From Scyliorhinus canicula (taxonomy: Eukaryota), in the NCBI RefSeq assembly GCF_902713615.1, contig NC_052146.1:197737199-197801198 (forward strand): 64,000 nucleotides of DNA, in the 5' to 3' direction. Each line of letters begins with the position of its first letter. Position 1 is the stretch's first letter. Below are positions 37,655 to 49,824 of this stretch, piece after piece. The notes beneath the pieces are model-generated. The model did not search any database. It saw only the letters and a program-made list of their open reading frames with translations, and was not told where the DNA came from. The translations under genes were made by a program, and so were the position numbers.

Positions 37655-38166
37655 GGAGCAGAGCTGGAAGAGAGACTGTGGACTGTGATTGGGGAGCTGG
37701 AAAATGTATAAATGCTACAGCTTTCTGTTTACTGATGTGTATTGTAATTTACTTCTCTTTACATTGTTATAGAGTTAAAGTTAATGGTTGGGTTGATTGG
37801 CGTTCTGTGTTGCGACAGTTATATCTTATTTTAGTGAATTGTATGGATTGGATTGTTTTTTTTGTTTTTCTTTGCTCTGGGACTGGGTGGGAGGGGACGA
37901 TATATTTTGGCGGGGGGAGCCACCGGCACGAGCTAACTAAAGTTGGCTAGTGAATGGAAGTGAGGTGAGAGGAGGACTGTGGACATTGGAGTCTCGTTAG
38001 CAGGTTTCAATGGGCCTACAAGGCGAGCGAGGGGAGGGGAAGGGATTGATGCTGGGAGATGTGTTTTCAAGAGGAAATGTAGGGAGGATTCTTGGGAGGG
38101 GAGGAAGGGGTTCGATGTTAACAATGGATAGGGGTGGGTCAGGCTTATGGGGCAGGGCCCAGTGGT

Positions 38167-39212
38167 ATGATGACAGTGAATAAGAAGGGTGGGGGTGTTG
38201 AGAGACCCCCAGTTAGGATAGTCACGTGGAACATGAGAGGGTTGGGAGGACCGGTCAAGAGGTCACGGGTGCTTGCGCATCTTAAAAGTTTGAAAGCCGA
38301 TGTGGCAATGCTGCAGGAGACTCACTTGAGGGTGAAGGACCAGGTGAGACTTAAAAAGGGCTGGGTTAGTCAGGTGTTTCACTCTGGATTTGACGGAAGG
38401 GCTCGAGGGGTAACGGTAATGGTCGGCAATAGGATACTCTTCCAGATGGAGAAGGTGGTGGCAGATCAGGGGGTAGATTTGTGATTGTGACAGGGGCGCT
38501 GGAGGGGAGGGTAGTGGCGCTGTTAAGTGTACACGGTCCCAATTGGGACAATGTGGGATTCACAAAAAAGGTGTTCGGGGCCATCCCCGACTTGGACACA
38601 CACAAACTGATAGTGGGGGGGGGGGGAGACTGGAACTTGTTGCAAGAGCCCAGGTTGGACAGGTCACGGCCACGCTGGCTGGTCCCATCGGGGGGGGTCG
38701 AAGGCGTTGGCTGGGCTAATGGAGGAAATGGGAGGGGTGGACCCTTGGAGGTTTCTGTACCCGAGGGAACGGGAGTACTCGTTTTTCTCAGCAGTCCATA
38801 ATGTATAATCACGGATCGACTTTTCCGTGGTGGGGAAGGCTTTGTTGGCTGGGGTTAAGGGGTCGGAATACTCGGCAAACGCAGTGTCAGATCATGCTCC
38901 GCATTGGGTGGATATGGTACTGGAGAAGGGGGTAGCGCAGAGGCCGGGGTGGAAATTGGATGTGGGGCTTTTGAGAAATCAATTGTTCTGTGAGAAAATT
39001 GAAAAGGTAATTAAGGAATATGTAGGTTTCAACTGTGCCGGCGACGAATATTGTTAGCATCAAGGGACTCGAAGCCCCCGAGGGCTGAGGTTTGGCTATC
39101 CGACATGGCGAGCTTTCTTGGCCTGGAGAAAGTCAAGTTCGCCTTGAGAGGTTCACTATTAGGGTTCGTCCGAAGGTCGCAGCCATTTATTGACTTCTTC
39201 GCAGAGGAGTAA
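38167..39212 (+). pseudogene. L1 ORF2 remnant: endonuclease joined at ~39036 to the ORF2 C-terminus
   Basis: TWNMRGLGG, LQETH, SRID, SDHAP, then ARRRILL...WLSDMASFLGLEKVKFALRGS...PFIDFFAEE*. Confidence 0.88.
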
Positions 39213-40844
39213 GCTTCAGCAGAGGGTGGGGGCTAGGGTACAGTAGAGCAGAGTAGGGGGATATTGAGGCAAGTCCATGCGTGAACAGAGCCGTGGTTTG
39301 CACTATGTTTAATTTGTGTCTTGACTTCTTTATTTTTGTACTGTACAATGTCACTTTTTCTATATGCCTAAAATACCTCAATAAAATTGTTTGTTTAAAA
39401 AAAAAAGAGGTGCTTTATTTGTTTCACAGCCTCAATGGTTGGGGCGGGTGTGTGGGGTAGGCCAAACGCCTGTGCCACAAGCCATACCCTGTTATACGTT
39501 TACCTCTTGCACAATTGACATGTTCCTCTGATCCTCCTGGGTTTCTTATTGCAAATATATAATTTATTCATAAAATATATGAAAGAACATTGCAAATATT
39601 TCAAACTGTCCATCACAGAAAGTGCAATGCTATTCAGGTTCTCTACATCATCATGTTGCACTCTTGAGGTGCTTCAATACAGTCAAAGAAACAATACAGA
39701 CATTTCAAAATGATTACATATAACGCAAAGGTATTTAAGTTTCCTACATAAATCAAGTTGCACTCTTGAGGTGCTTTAATAGAAGTGATCCTCTTGTCCC
39801 CCAACATTGGACCCTTCTCCTGGGATGATGAGGTGCAGATCTACTGCAAATGCATGGCTGTACAATTCACTGCACACCAACATAATCCTAGCCACTCTAT
39901 TCATTCGATGGCGTAAAGATTAAGCTCACCAAAAATCTTGGGACTTGTCCAGTCTTGATACCCTTTCAACATAAATCTTAATTGCTCTCAACTATTGATA
40001 CTTAACTTTTCCAAGTGTGAAGTCAGATTTTAAATTATCACTCGAGATTTTAAAAGATAAAATACTTTTTCTGACGCTATTCGCTCTTAAAACCACCTTT
40101 TTTTTCATCTCTATTTTGCTTTCTGCACCCAATATGAATTTGCCTTCACTATTTTAACTTACATTTCCTGCGTCAGATTTCGCACTGCTCATTAACCAAA
40201 CATTCCAAGATTGGAGAATTATTAAGGGTACACAGTTGCTTAGCCTGCTCGCACAGGTCCCAGATGCAACTTGCTGTGCAGAATCCATAGGAGGTCCAAG
40301 GGCAAATCAAAGTAATGGCAAATATGGCTTGTTGTGCATTACAGGTACTTAAAATTATTATACTTTGTTCTTCAGTGTATATTTTCACACTGATCTCACT
40401 GCAGAGCCTTGCAAAAAGCTACCAAGTCGGAAATTAATAGAAGTTTGCCTGTAAGATGCATACAAGCATACTAGAGAGGAAAAGTTACAGCATATGTAAA
40501 GGGCCAACATTACGAGAAAGAGTACTCACCTTGGAGATGGAAAAAAATATCAAGTCAGCGAGGGGAACAAAAAAAACCGGCAAGGTGAAGTTAAAGGGGA
40601 AAAAAACTAATTTATTCTGCACGAGTAATGTCAGTATGATTAATTGGGTTGTAAAATTGATGGCAAGTTAACGTTTAATCAGATAAATTATCTTTCCTCT
40701 CACTGAGTTTTCTTGAATTTAATAGTGGGGGAAATTAAAGGACATGTGAAAGAAAATGTTATATACACATATGATAGCCTGGAAAGTTCTCTTTTAGTGT
40801 AATTGGGAAATTGTGCCCAGAATTTACCTTAAGTAGTCAGTTAT

Positions 40845-41039
40845 AATGAAATGAAATGAAATGAAATGAAAATCACTTATTGACACGAGTAGGCTTCAAT
40901 GAAGTTACTGTGAAAAGCCCCTAGTCGCCACATTCCGGCGCCTGTCCGGGGAGGCTGGTACGGGAATTGAACCGTACTGCTGGCCTGCTTGGTCTGTTTT
41001 AAAAGCCAGCGATTTAGCCCAGTGAGCTAAACCAGCCCC
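40845..41039 (-). mobile_element. Young (TTTCA)n-tailed SINE
   Basis: Same family as 3619. Confidence 0.9.
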
Positions 41040-41764
41040 TAATTTTGCCTTGGGCAAATAGGTTTCCATGCAAGCTACAGAATAGAAGCCGAAATGTAAA
41101 ATTGTTCATGAATCATGCAATAAATTATGTAATCAAAATCTAATTGGAACTGAGCCAATGGAAAATGCTGCAATTGAACATTTTTCAATATTAAAATTTG
41201 ATTGTTTTTGGTCAATTTTGAATATTCCATTGCTTGGTCATAAAAGTAACATTTTTAAAAAGTTTGCACTCGCACAGTAATGAGAACTGCAAATAAAGTT
41301 TAACTTTTAATATATTTTCTATAGATGGTGACAGTCGTGGATTTGAGTTTCGTGCAACAAATTTGTTTTGCATTTTAAGAGATTATTGCTTTGCTTCTTC
41401 TCCACCTTCATCTGTACTACACAGAGTAATGTAATGAGCCCCACACCAGCACAAAACACGGCTTGTCGTCAATGTTATCTGCTGGCCATTTTCCCAAGGA
41501 TGCAAGGTATTGAGTAATTTTCCACGATTAAATCATCATCATATTCTCAAGGAATTGTGTGTCAATTTGAAGGATGTGCGGTCAGGTGTCAAAGACAAGC
41601 TTCATATTAGGAGAGTAGAATCCTGACCTTTCATGCAGCGCTGTGCGTTTCCAAATGGAGCGTGCTCTGTCAAGTACTTAATTTAGCAGTTGGGAACACC
41701 ACAATCCCATAAAGATCAATTTTTGGGGAATTTACTCCCCAGGTAATATGTCAAATTTGATATG

Positions 41765-41824
41765 GTCCGGACCACACAACGTGCTGAATATTGCTGTCTG
41801 GACCACATAACCTGCTGAATATTG
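41765..41824. repeat. 30-bp direct tandem duplication
   Basis: gtc(c/t)ggaccaca(c/t)aac(g/c)tgctgaatattgc twice. Confidence 0.85.
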
Positions 41825-42722
41825 CCCCACACTGCCCTGATCTATTGCCTGGAATGAACCACATCCATAGAGATTTAGGGCCATGGCAATCATCATCTTC
41901 ACTGTAATGGCACTACTGATTGTACACTGAACCTTAAGATCATTTCATAACAACTCACAGTCAGCTGTTAGCACACGTCGTGAACTGTAGGCAATGCACG
42001 CCTCATAACTAAATTGAGGGCCTGTATGCTTTGCACAACAGTATATCTATTGGTGAGGTGCAAAGTTTTCCTGTGGCAGTTAACTCTTTGGGCCTTAAGC
42101 ATCCAGAATTCCTTTGTTTCTCCTTCCCTCAGCATTAGGAAGGACAGTGATACAGCCAAAAAAAGAATGAGCCATCCTTCAGGTTTTTTTAATTCACTGA
42201 GGGTCAGCTGTTCTTTGATGGATTCACATGCCCACGGCTGCCTATACAGCACAGAATCTGGCACAATGTAAAGAACCATGTTGCCACCTTCCATCCCCAC
42301 TATTCCAATAAACATATGCATTTGTAGGAAACTCATGTTTTGATGATGGATGTGGCCAGTATTGTGTGCGTGGGAGCTTGTCTGGATACAAGGCTCAATT
42401 GAAAGGTGTAAAAGATCACAGATTTTTGAGTGTTTTGTAGCTATGAGGTTAATAGTTTATACCCAAATTACAACAATATATTAAGCCACTTAACTGATGA
42501 TTAATTATTTATTTCTTTTTTAAAGCTAGGTGTGTTTATCTGGGCACAAATTGGGGGAACCACCTGGACACCATAGTTATTTTCGTCAGCATAATGCAAT
42601 TCGCCGTACCAATCAGTTTGTTTATTATAAGAATAGTTCCTGTGGCACAGATTCATTGCCATGGCAGAGATTCCACATTAATAACCTTTTACACTGTTTT
42701 TAGTTGCAATAGATGTCCTGTC

Positions 42723-43067
42723 CAGCAAAGACGGTAGTATGGTGGATAGCACAATTGCTTCACAGCTCCAGGGTCCCAGGTTCGATTCCGGCTTGGGTCA
42801 CTGTGTGGAGTCTGCACATCCTCCCAGTGTGTGCATGGGTTTCCTCTGGGTGCTCCGGTTTCCTCCCACAGTCCAAAGATGTGCAGGTTAGGTGGATTGG
42901 CCATGCTAAATTGCCCTTAGTGTCCAAAATTGCCCTTAGTGTTGGGTGGGATTACTGGGTTATGGGGATAGGGTAGAGGTGTTGACCTCGGGTTGGGTGC
43001 TCATTCCAAGAGCCGGTGCAGACGCAACGGGCCGAGTGGCCTCCTTCTGCACTGTAAATTCTATGAT
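42723..43067 (+). mobile_element. Canonical HE1-type V-SINE with CR1-derived tail
   Basis: V-domain gggtttcctc.gggtgctccggtttcctccca; tail gggccgagtggcctccttctgcactgtaaattctatg resembles the CR1 3' end. Confidence 0.85.
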
Positions 43068-43339
43068 ATTCCCAACTTTCAAGATATGAACTTTATCAAA
43101 TGTAGATTCTTTGAAACTGACATTTCCTTTAAAAATAGCCAATTTCTTGCAGAGGTGGCCAATGGTTTGTGCATTCAAAAGTGCCTCACGAGACAAAAGA
43201 GATTCTGGATGTTAAGAATTGTGAAAACTTTAAATTAAAAAATTAAATTGGGATAAAATAAAATGAAATAGAGTTAATAGGGTCAGCTGTCGATTTTGAT
43301 ATGCGAATTAGCATATCAGTAAGAAAAGCATGTGTTTAC

Positions 43340-44810
43340 CCATGTGACTAGAAAAAAGTGGGATATAGAAGAGGTAACTTCAAAGTGGAGAGATAAGGAA
43401 ATTGACATGTAAATGCAAAAAGTCAGACAGGGTTGGTAACTACAAAGGGAAAGAAAGATACATCTATAACACAGTAACTAGAGAAAGAGACACAGTAGCA
43501 GCTACCATCACAGCAACACCCAGCTACAGGAACAGTCTCCTGAAAACAAGTTATTGTTAAACGAGCAGCTGGTTAAGATCCAACACTCGAACCGATAAGA
43601 TAATGTCTTCGCTGAAACCAAAGATGGTTTCTCCAAACATGACCAAAAATTCTGTGCGTGGCACTTATCTGCTGGATTTAGCTCAGAGTTATTGGATGTC
43701 GTTTGGGAACGAAGGAATGTCTCAGAATTCAGAAAATGTAGATAGCTGAGAACCATGGGGTAATTGCATGTGTGTCTGTATGTGTGTGTGGGGCCATCAG
43801 TGTAATTAAGTGTTGTAGTGTATTATCGCTCTTCTGGTCATGTGTTTTTTTTTATTTTAAGTTAATAAATATACTTTATTAATTGATCACAGATCGACAG
43901 GACTATTCCTCCCTGGTTTGCAAATCTTTTCTCATAGTATATCAAATTGAAAATATACACCGCTTAGAACCGATGCTCGAAGTTTACTCTTCTGGCTTTT
44001 AGGATACCATCGCATTTATCAGCACGGTTCTGAACACAGACTAATTGTGTCAATGACACCCCTTCCTGAGTCTATCAGAAGACATTCCTGAACAGAATAT
44101 ATTTCTTCCGAAACAAAGCCTTAGCCTCCTCAAAATCTATATTTTCAGGCAATAAACCAGGATTTGGCTAATCAACCAAGACCACTGTCATATTTGAAAA
44201 AGTAACTGAAACTCTAAGTAGCCACATGATAAGGCAGACACACTTGTCCCTTTGTAATCTTTAAGTGCTGACTACAGGAAGAGACAGCAGCAGCAGCAGA
44301 AAAGGCAATATCATCCATGCCTTAAGAACAAGAGGCTATAACGCAAAGATCTCCAAGTCGGTTCCTTTTCAGACCCACCAACACAGCAAGCTGGCCTTCT
44401 GGAGGAAAATCCATCCCATCAAGGGACGCCCAAAATAACTTCTGTTTTAGCTGTCAAATTCACCTAACTACAATGAAGACGCTTTCTTCAGCGGGCCTTC
44501 AACGTATGTTTTTCGAACCACACAAACACATGAATTATAAATTATTCTTTTATTTAGAACGTGCAAAAGTACGCTATTCTCTTCAACTGTACTTTCCCAG
44601 AGCCCATCTGCGTGTGTAGCAATGTAATTGAGTGCCTAGAATTAGATCACAGGCTGAGTGTGAAGGTACACAATCCTCCATTTAAATCCACAAAAGGATT
44701 GCTAATGGTTATTCAACACACATTCGGGGGTTTAAATAAACACACATTTTTGTCTCAATAGCTTACTGATTACCGACGGATAGCAGTTCTCTCACACGCT
44801 ATCCATAACA
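43340..44810 (+). mobile_element. Probable degenerate LTR remnants (two units)
   Basis: Non-coding, AATAAA signals, ...ctgaaca and ...cataaca termini; no TSD confirmed. Confidence 0.35.
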
Positions 44811-44853
44811 ACGTGGTGAAGGGAATGGGGTTTGCCTGATTGAAGGACCAACT

Positions 44854-45433
44854 TGTCATGTGAGAGTACCTTTAAGAAATGGGTATATATCAAATAGCTA
44901 CAGTGATGTCAGACTGTGGGTGGAGCTGGGCTGTCTGTCTGTTTTACTTTCGCTTTGAGCTAGCTGCTACAGGGTGTGTTTAGTTTTGTTGTGCAGATTG
45001 GGAGCTGCATCCAGAAAAAAACAGGTGTAATTCTGGTTTCTTTCTGCATGAAAGGAATGTCTTCAAATCACTTGCTAATTTAAAAGTGATAACTGCTCTC
45101 AGCAGAGAATTTAAGCCTGATCTGTGTGTTAAAGAGGGTATTTGTCTTCTGGATGTTGCTGGGAAAGATTATGGGTTACCTATAGAGTACTGTATTCTTT
45201 GGGCGGAGTAGTTGAGTTGATCGTTGCTAAGATGTTTACTGTGTGTTTATAAAAATGTTAACAGGATTTCATAGAATAAACATTATTTTTGTTCAAAAAT
45301 ACTCTTAGTTCACTGTTGCAGCACACCTGTAAAGTGGGCCCTTGTGCTCCCCATAACCAAAATCTATCTAACGTTGTGCACCAGGTGAACTCCATGATAC
45401 ACTTTGGGGTTCACTAAACCCTGGCCCATAACA
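44854..45433 (+). mobile_element. Solo LTR (580 bp), Gypsy-like
   Basis: TGTCATG...CATAACA termini, internal AATAAA, 4-bp TSD aact (44850-44853, 45434-45437). Confidence 0.85.
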
Positions 45434-45499
45434 AACTGAAAAGTACAAACAATAAAACCTACTCTGCATTTTATGCAGAGGTGAAAAAGACCACCTTAT

Positions 45500-45680
45500 G
45501 GGTGAGATTCTTCAGCTGTGCACACCTGGGGACCGGACATTCCCGCCCGAGGTCAATGGACCGTTATATCAGAAGCATATTTTTGCATTCATAGAATTTA
45601 CAGTGCAGAAGGAGACCATTAAGCCCATTATATGATTCGCCCATGGCGATCTTCTGGTGCGCGGCCGAAGAATCCAGCCC
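45500..45680. mobile_element. MITE with GGG...GATTCT terminal inverted repeats, containing an HE1/CR1 tail fragment
   Basis: gggtgagattcttcagctgtgcacacc versus ggtgcgcggccgaagaatccagccc. Confidence 0.7.
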
Positions 45681-45708
45681 GATATTTTTTTTTTTTTTTT
45701 TAAATACC

Positions 45709-46339
45709 GGGCTGGATTCTCCACACCCCAATGTCGAAATTGCGGCCGGCGTCGGGGCGGAGAATCCATTTTGCCGCACAAAATTGGGACCTGCGCCGGT
45801 TCCCCGATTCTCTGGTCCCCAAAAAGCAGCGTACTCAGAGTACTCCGCGCCGCAAAGCACCTACCTGCAGCCATTGCTGGAGGCCTGCCCCGACATTCTC
45901 CGCCCCCAACAAGCCGAAGTCCCGACGGCGTGGATCTAATATGGTCCAGCCGGTCGGGATACTAGCGTGGCGGCTGCGGACTCAGAATGCGGCTGCCCTG
46001 GTCGAGGGCGGGCCGATCGGACGGCAGGGGGGGGGCCTGATGCTTGGCCGGGCAATGTTCAGGTGGGCAGTCGGGGTCAGGCTCGTGGCCAATCGGGGGG
46101 GGTTCTATTTTTAGTGTCCAGCTCCGTCCTCTAGCTCCACCATGAGGCATGGCGCGGCCGCTGGAGGCCACCAGCGTGCGCGGTCTCCGACCCGGAAGTG
46201 CCGTGCCCATATCTGCAGCAAAAGCTGCTAGATTTACGCCAGGGGGCCTGCAGGGCTAGGAATCTGTTTTTCTGGTGTGAAAGTCCACAGTTTTGACGAT
46301 GAGCTGGGGACATAGTCCCAAAAACAGAGAATGCAGCCC
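45709..46339. mobile_element. GC-rich MITE / non-autonomous DNA transposon
   Basis: TIRs gggctggattctc...gagaatgcagccc; internal subterminal palindromes. Confidence 0.75.
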
Positions 46340-47785
46340 AACATATTTGAATTGTGACAATCAGAAAATGTTTTGAAATAATTTACTTTTGAACAAAATT
46401 CTCTCAACTCAAACGATGATCTCTAGTTGAGAAGACAGTACGTCAATCAATGCTCACTCCTCTGCTAATGTTGGTCCTCAACTAGAGAAGTGCACAAGAC
46501 AAACCCATATTTATTCTGCTTTCGAACTCTTTTCTTCCTTGCTACTGAAATCTATATTTTTCAACCAGTTCATTTATCCATGAGTAACTATCTCACTAGC
46601 ACTTAAAAAAGTGCCTTTGTGAGCAAGAAAAGAAAATCAAACCATTGGCCCATTAATACAAAACACCAATATGACCCAAGTTAAATAGGCAAGCAAATCA
46701 TAATAATTTGCAGCAATTATTCTCTGTGCAAAGCAATTATATTTCCTTTGAACGGCCATTCTTCTCAGCATTATGCAGCAACGTACGGCAGGGTAACTCT
46801 TTATATAACATTTTCTTTATTTATGTTTTGTTAAACAAGCTGTAATTACTGTAGATGAATAAAGACCACCTTTCAATGAAACCGGACACAAAAGGATCCA
46901 AAATAACTGGGTGCATTTATACCACTGCATATTAACAGTGTGAATTGGCCCCAAGATTTCTTGGGGTTTGGTGGCTGCTTTACTTTTCCTGAGATCAGTT
47001 CTTCCTGGTTTTCAAATCACTCGAGGTCGGTTATGTCACTGCACCACAGATATACATGGCACCATCCTGAGGTTGAGATCAGGCACTTGAAAACACAACT
47101 TCATCAGCAATGGAAATTATTTTATTCACCATCGTCGAGCAAGACACTCAAATTTCCCAGGGGGAAAAATTCCAGCCTGGCCTTGCTCCATGGTGTGCCT
47201 TTGAACCTAACGTGTAGAAAACAATTGGCGCTGCAGCATGGGATGTCAGTTCCAGCACAATCTATACTTCAGATTAATTAGCATCAAATGCTACTGTATT
47301 CAATTTGGTGGGTAAATACACCACGTGTCTAGGAATTTAGTTTGCAATTATAAACATAAAGACCCCTGATTGAAGTTATAGATTTAAGTTTTATTTTTTC
47401 CTAACAGGATTTAATGCTTTTCATGTTTTTTCTTAATTTAAAGGCAGATGTGAAACCTGAATAGAAATTTAACATTTATAAATATTTATGAAGCAGTTTC
47501 TTGATGCAATCAGTGACAACCCATCCTCCTTCAAAGTAGCTTCATTTTGGTAACTTGGGGTAAGCCTCTAAAATGCGCACTTTGCGTCATGTAGTTAAAC
47601 CTGCGATTCCTAAAATAGTATTTTTTTTATTTTTCAGAGCCCAAATTGCACCAGGAAGTTACATCAATCACAGTTATTTTGTGCATGACTTAAATGTTTT
47701 TTCCTACCAAAATAACACATCACATTAGGTTGTGCAACAGTTCAAGTGAACATCTAAGTAAAAACTTGGTTGGAATAATACTCAC

Positions 47786-48240
47786 CAAAGACACATAAAA
47801 TGGCAATTTTAAGTGTTGACAACTACAAAATTAGCAATTTTGGCATTTTCAAGCACAATATAGCAAAAAAAAGTGTTCTTGGAATAGTGGTAAAACAATG
47901 CATCATATATGGTGGAAAAAATTACAAAGTAGTTCAGATGACTGAAAATTAAAACCAAATATCTACATCACATGAGCGTCAATATTTATATAAATATTTT
48001 ACTGTAATTGTGAGGGACACCATCAGCTCACACCTATCACAGCTTCAGTGAAATTAGCCCAAACATCATTATAACTAACAGGCATTAATAATTTTTCATT
48101 ACATATTCAAAATAGTAAAAACACTTACCAAATGAAGAGATTCAGAACGATAAACATAATGGGGGTTAATTACAAATTCACAAAGGAATAAAGCGCTAAC
48201 TATGCTTTGTGGCTCACAAAGAAGTGGCATGAGCTTTTAT
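47786..48240 (+). repeat. Old local duplication of the exon-3 region
   Basis: 47827-47990 aligns to 49220-49380; 48000-48059 to 48825-48884; 48080-48240 to 49393-49480 plus 49829-49905. Confidence 0.8.
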
Positions 48241-48526
48241 GACTATTGTTATAAAACCATGAAATGAGTCTTTTAAGAAATCAAATCGAGTTACAGCACA
48301 GAAACAAGCCATTCAGCACTTAAAGTCTGCTATGATCTTTTACTTTGTGAGCTACTTTATCTAATGCCACTCTTCTGTACACTCTAATATTCTCAAACTG
48401 TAACATTCTTCTTTTCAAATAACCTATTCCCTTGTAAAATAATTTTCAGACGATACTTCAATTGTGCAAAAATACTAATACTCTTAGCGTCCTGTGTAAA
48501 TAAGTGTTAACATTGAATTCATTTTG

Positions 48527-48750
48527 AGGAGGCACAGTGGTTAGCACTGTTGCCTCAGTGCTGAGGACCCAGGTTCGATCCCAGCCCCGGGTCACTGTCC
48601 ATGTGGAGTTTTCATATTCTCCCAGTGTTGGCGTGGGTCTCAACCCCACGACCTAAAGATGTGCAAGGTAGGTGAATTGGCAATGCTAAATTGTCCCTTA
48701 ATTGGAAAAAAATAATTGGTACACTAAATTTATAACAAAAACAAAATTTC
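48527..48750 (+). mobile_element. A-tailed V-SINE/HE1-like SINE
   Basis: TSD attcattttg (48517-48526, 48751-48760). Confidence 0.88.
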
Positions 48751-49145
48751 ATTCATTTTGTGATTATGTTTGTACACTCTCAAATATGATGTCACCCAAC
48801 ACTGGAGACAATCAAACTCTATTGTACTGTAATTCTGAGGGACACAATCAGCTCACACCTATCACAGCTCCAATGAAATTAGCCTTAGCTTCATTAGTCT
48901 CTATTTCTAACATGCATCCCTGATAACATCCCATGAATCCATCCTGCACTTTTTTTATTGCTTTTATATCTTTCCAACAATGGAGCTCCAAAAACTGCAC
49001 ACAACATCCACTTGCTAATTACATCCTTTGACAATAACAGGGAAGGGAACATTCATGTTCAATTGAGGACAAAAATAGATAATGGCAAGAACAGATTATT
49101 TAAGAAAGAATAGTCTTCCATAGTTTATTGCAAAATATGACGTAC

Positions 49146-49195
49146 CTCAAATACAAAGAGAATGGAGTCCAGCTCCTCCCTCTGTGATTTATTCC
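49146..49195 (-). CDS. RALGAPA2: RALGAPA2 coding exon (exon 3 equivalent, 50 nt, phase 1-0)
   Basis: atgtgtttag|GGAATAAATCA...GTATTTGAG|gtacgt; encodes (G)NKSQREELDSILFVFE; phase fits both neighbours; not in the ORF track. Confidence 0.93.
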
Positions 49196-49515
49196 CTAAA
49201 CACATCCCAAAAGAAAGGAAAATTAGCGATTTTTGCATTTTCAAATGTAATATGCACAAGAGTTCCTTGAATGTGGTAAACAACATAAATATGACTAGAA
49301 ACCATCGCAGAGCAGTTCAGACAACTCTGAAAATCAAAACCAAATATCAACATCATATGAACGTTAAGATTCACATTTGCTTTGTACCCAAAGGGTATTA
49401 ATAATTTTTCATTATTCAATATTGTTTAAAAAAAACATTTCAGATGAAGAGATTCATAATGATAAACATAATGGAGGTTATACAAATAATGAAGTTAGTA
49501 ATGAAGAACTTAAGT

Positions 49516-49824
49516 ACTGCTGAAAAAAAGAGACATGTTGAAGCTTTTCGTTTTTCACTCATCAGTACACTTAACAAAAATACCAGCGTATGGGGAAAAC
49601 AGCAATGTATACTGTATGAGAAGTGCATGCTGATTAAAGTGGACACTGATTGGTAGAGGTGCTGCCAGGGAGGATATCTCTGCCTATCAGACTCCACTTG
49701 CCAACCAATCAGCATTCTCTTCTCGTACTGTATAAATTGTTGTTTTCCCCCTAGTACTGGTATTCTATGAAGTGCCCTGATAAATGCATGATGAAAAGTT
49801 TTAACAACTCCGTTTTCCAGCAGC
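49516..49824. mobile_element. Inverted-repeat element with hammerhead-like cores in both arms
   Basis: ~55-bp imperfect TIRs; minus-strand CTGATGA-GT-GAAAA-AC-GAAAAGCTTC at 49565-49540; degenerate plus-strand copy near 49777-49802. Confidence 0.65.

Larger units (their letters stand above)
36201..39406 (+). mobile_element. Internally deleted L1 (L1 #2) with two ORF1s, endonuclease and ORF2 C-terminal tip but no RT
   Basis: 13-bp TSD gaggtgctttatt (36188-36200, 39407-39419); 5' ggacttccgg; AATAAA and poly(A). Confidence 0.93.

Noticed and set aside
1530-39800. Antisense orientation bias of intronic L1s
   Set aside because: Known pattern, small sample, and some LINE-like 3' ends (35188, ~39550) lie in the sense direction
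45500-46339. CpG island or internal promoter
   Set aside because: CpG richness is confined within MITE terminal inverted repeats
48120-48135. Strong donor-like TTG|gtaagt on the gene strand
   Set aside because: No convincing upstream acceptor or reading frame; the motif is absent from the paralogous segment
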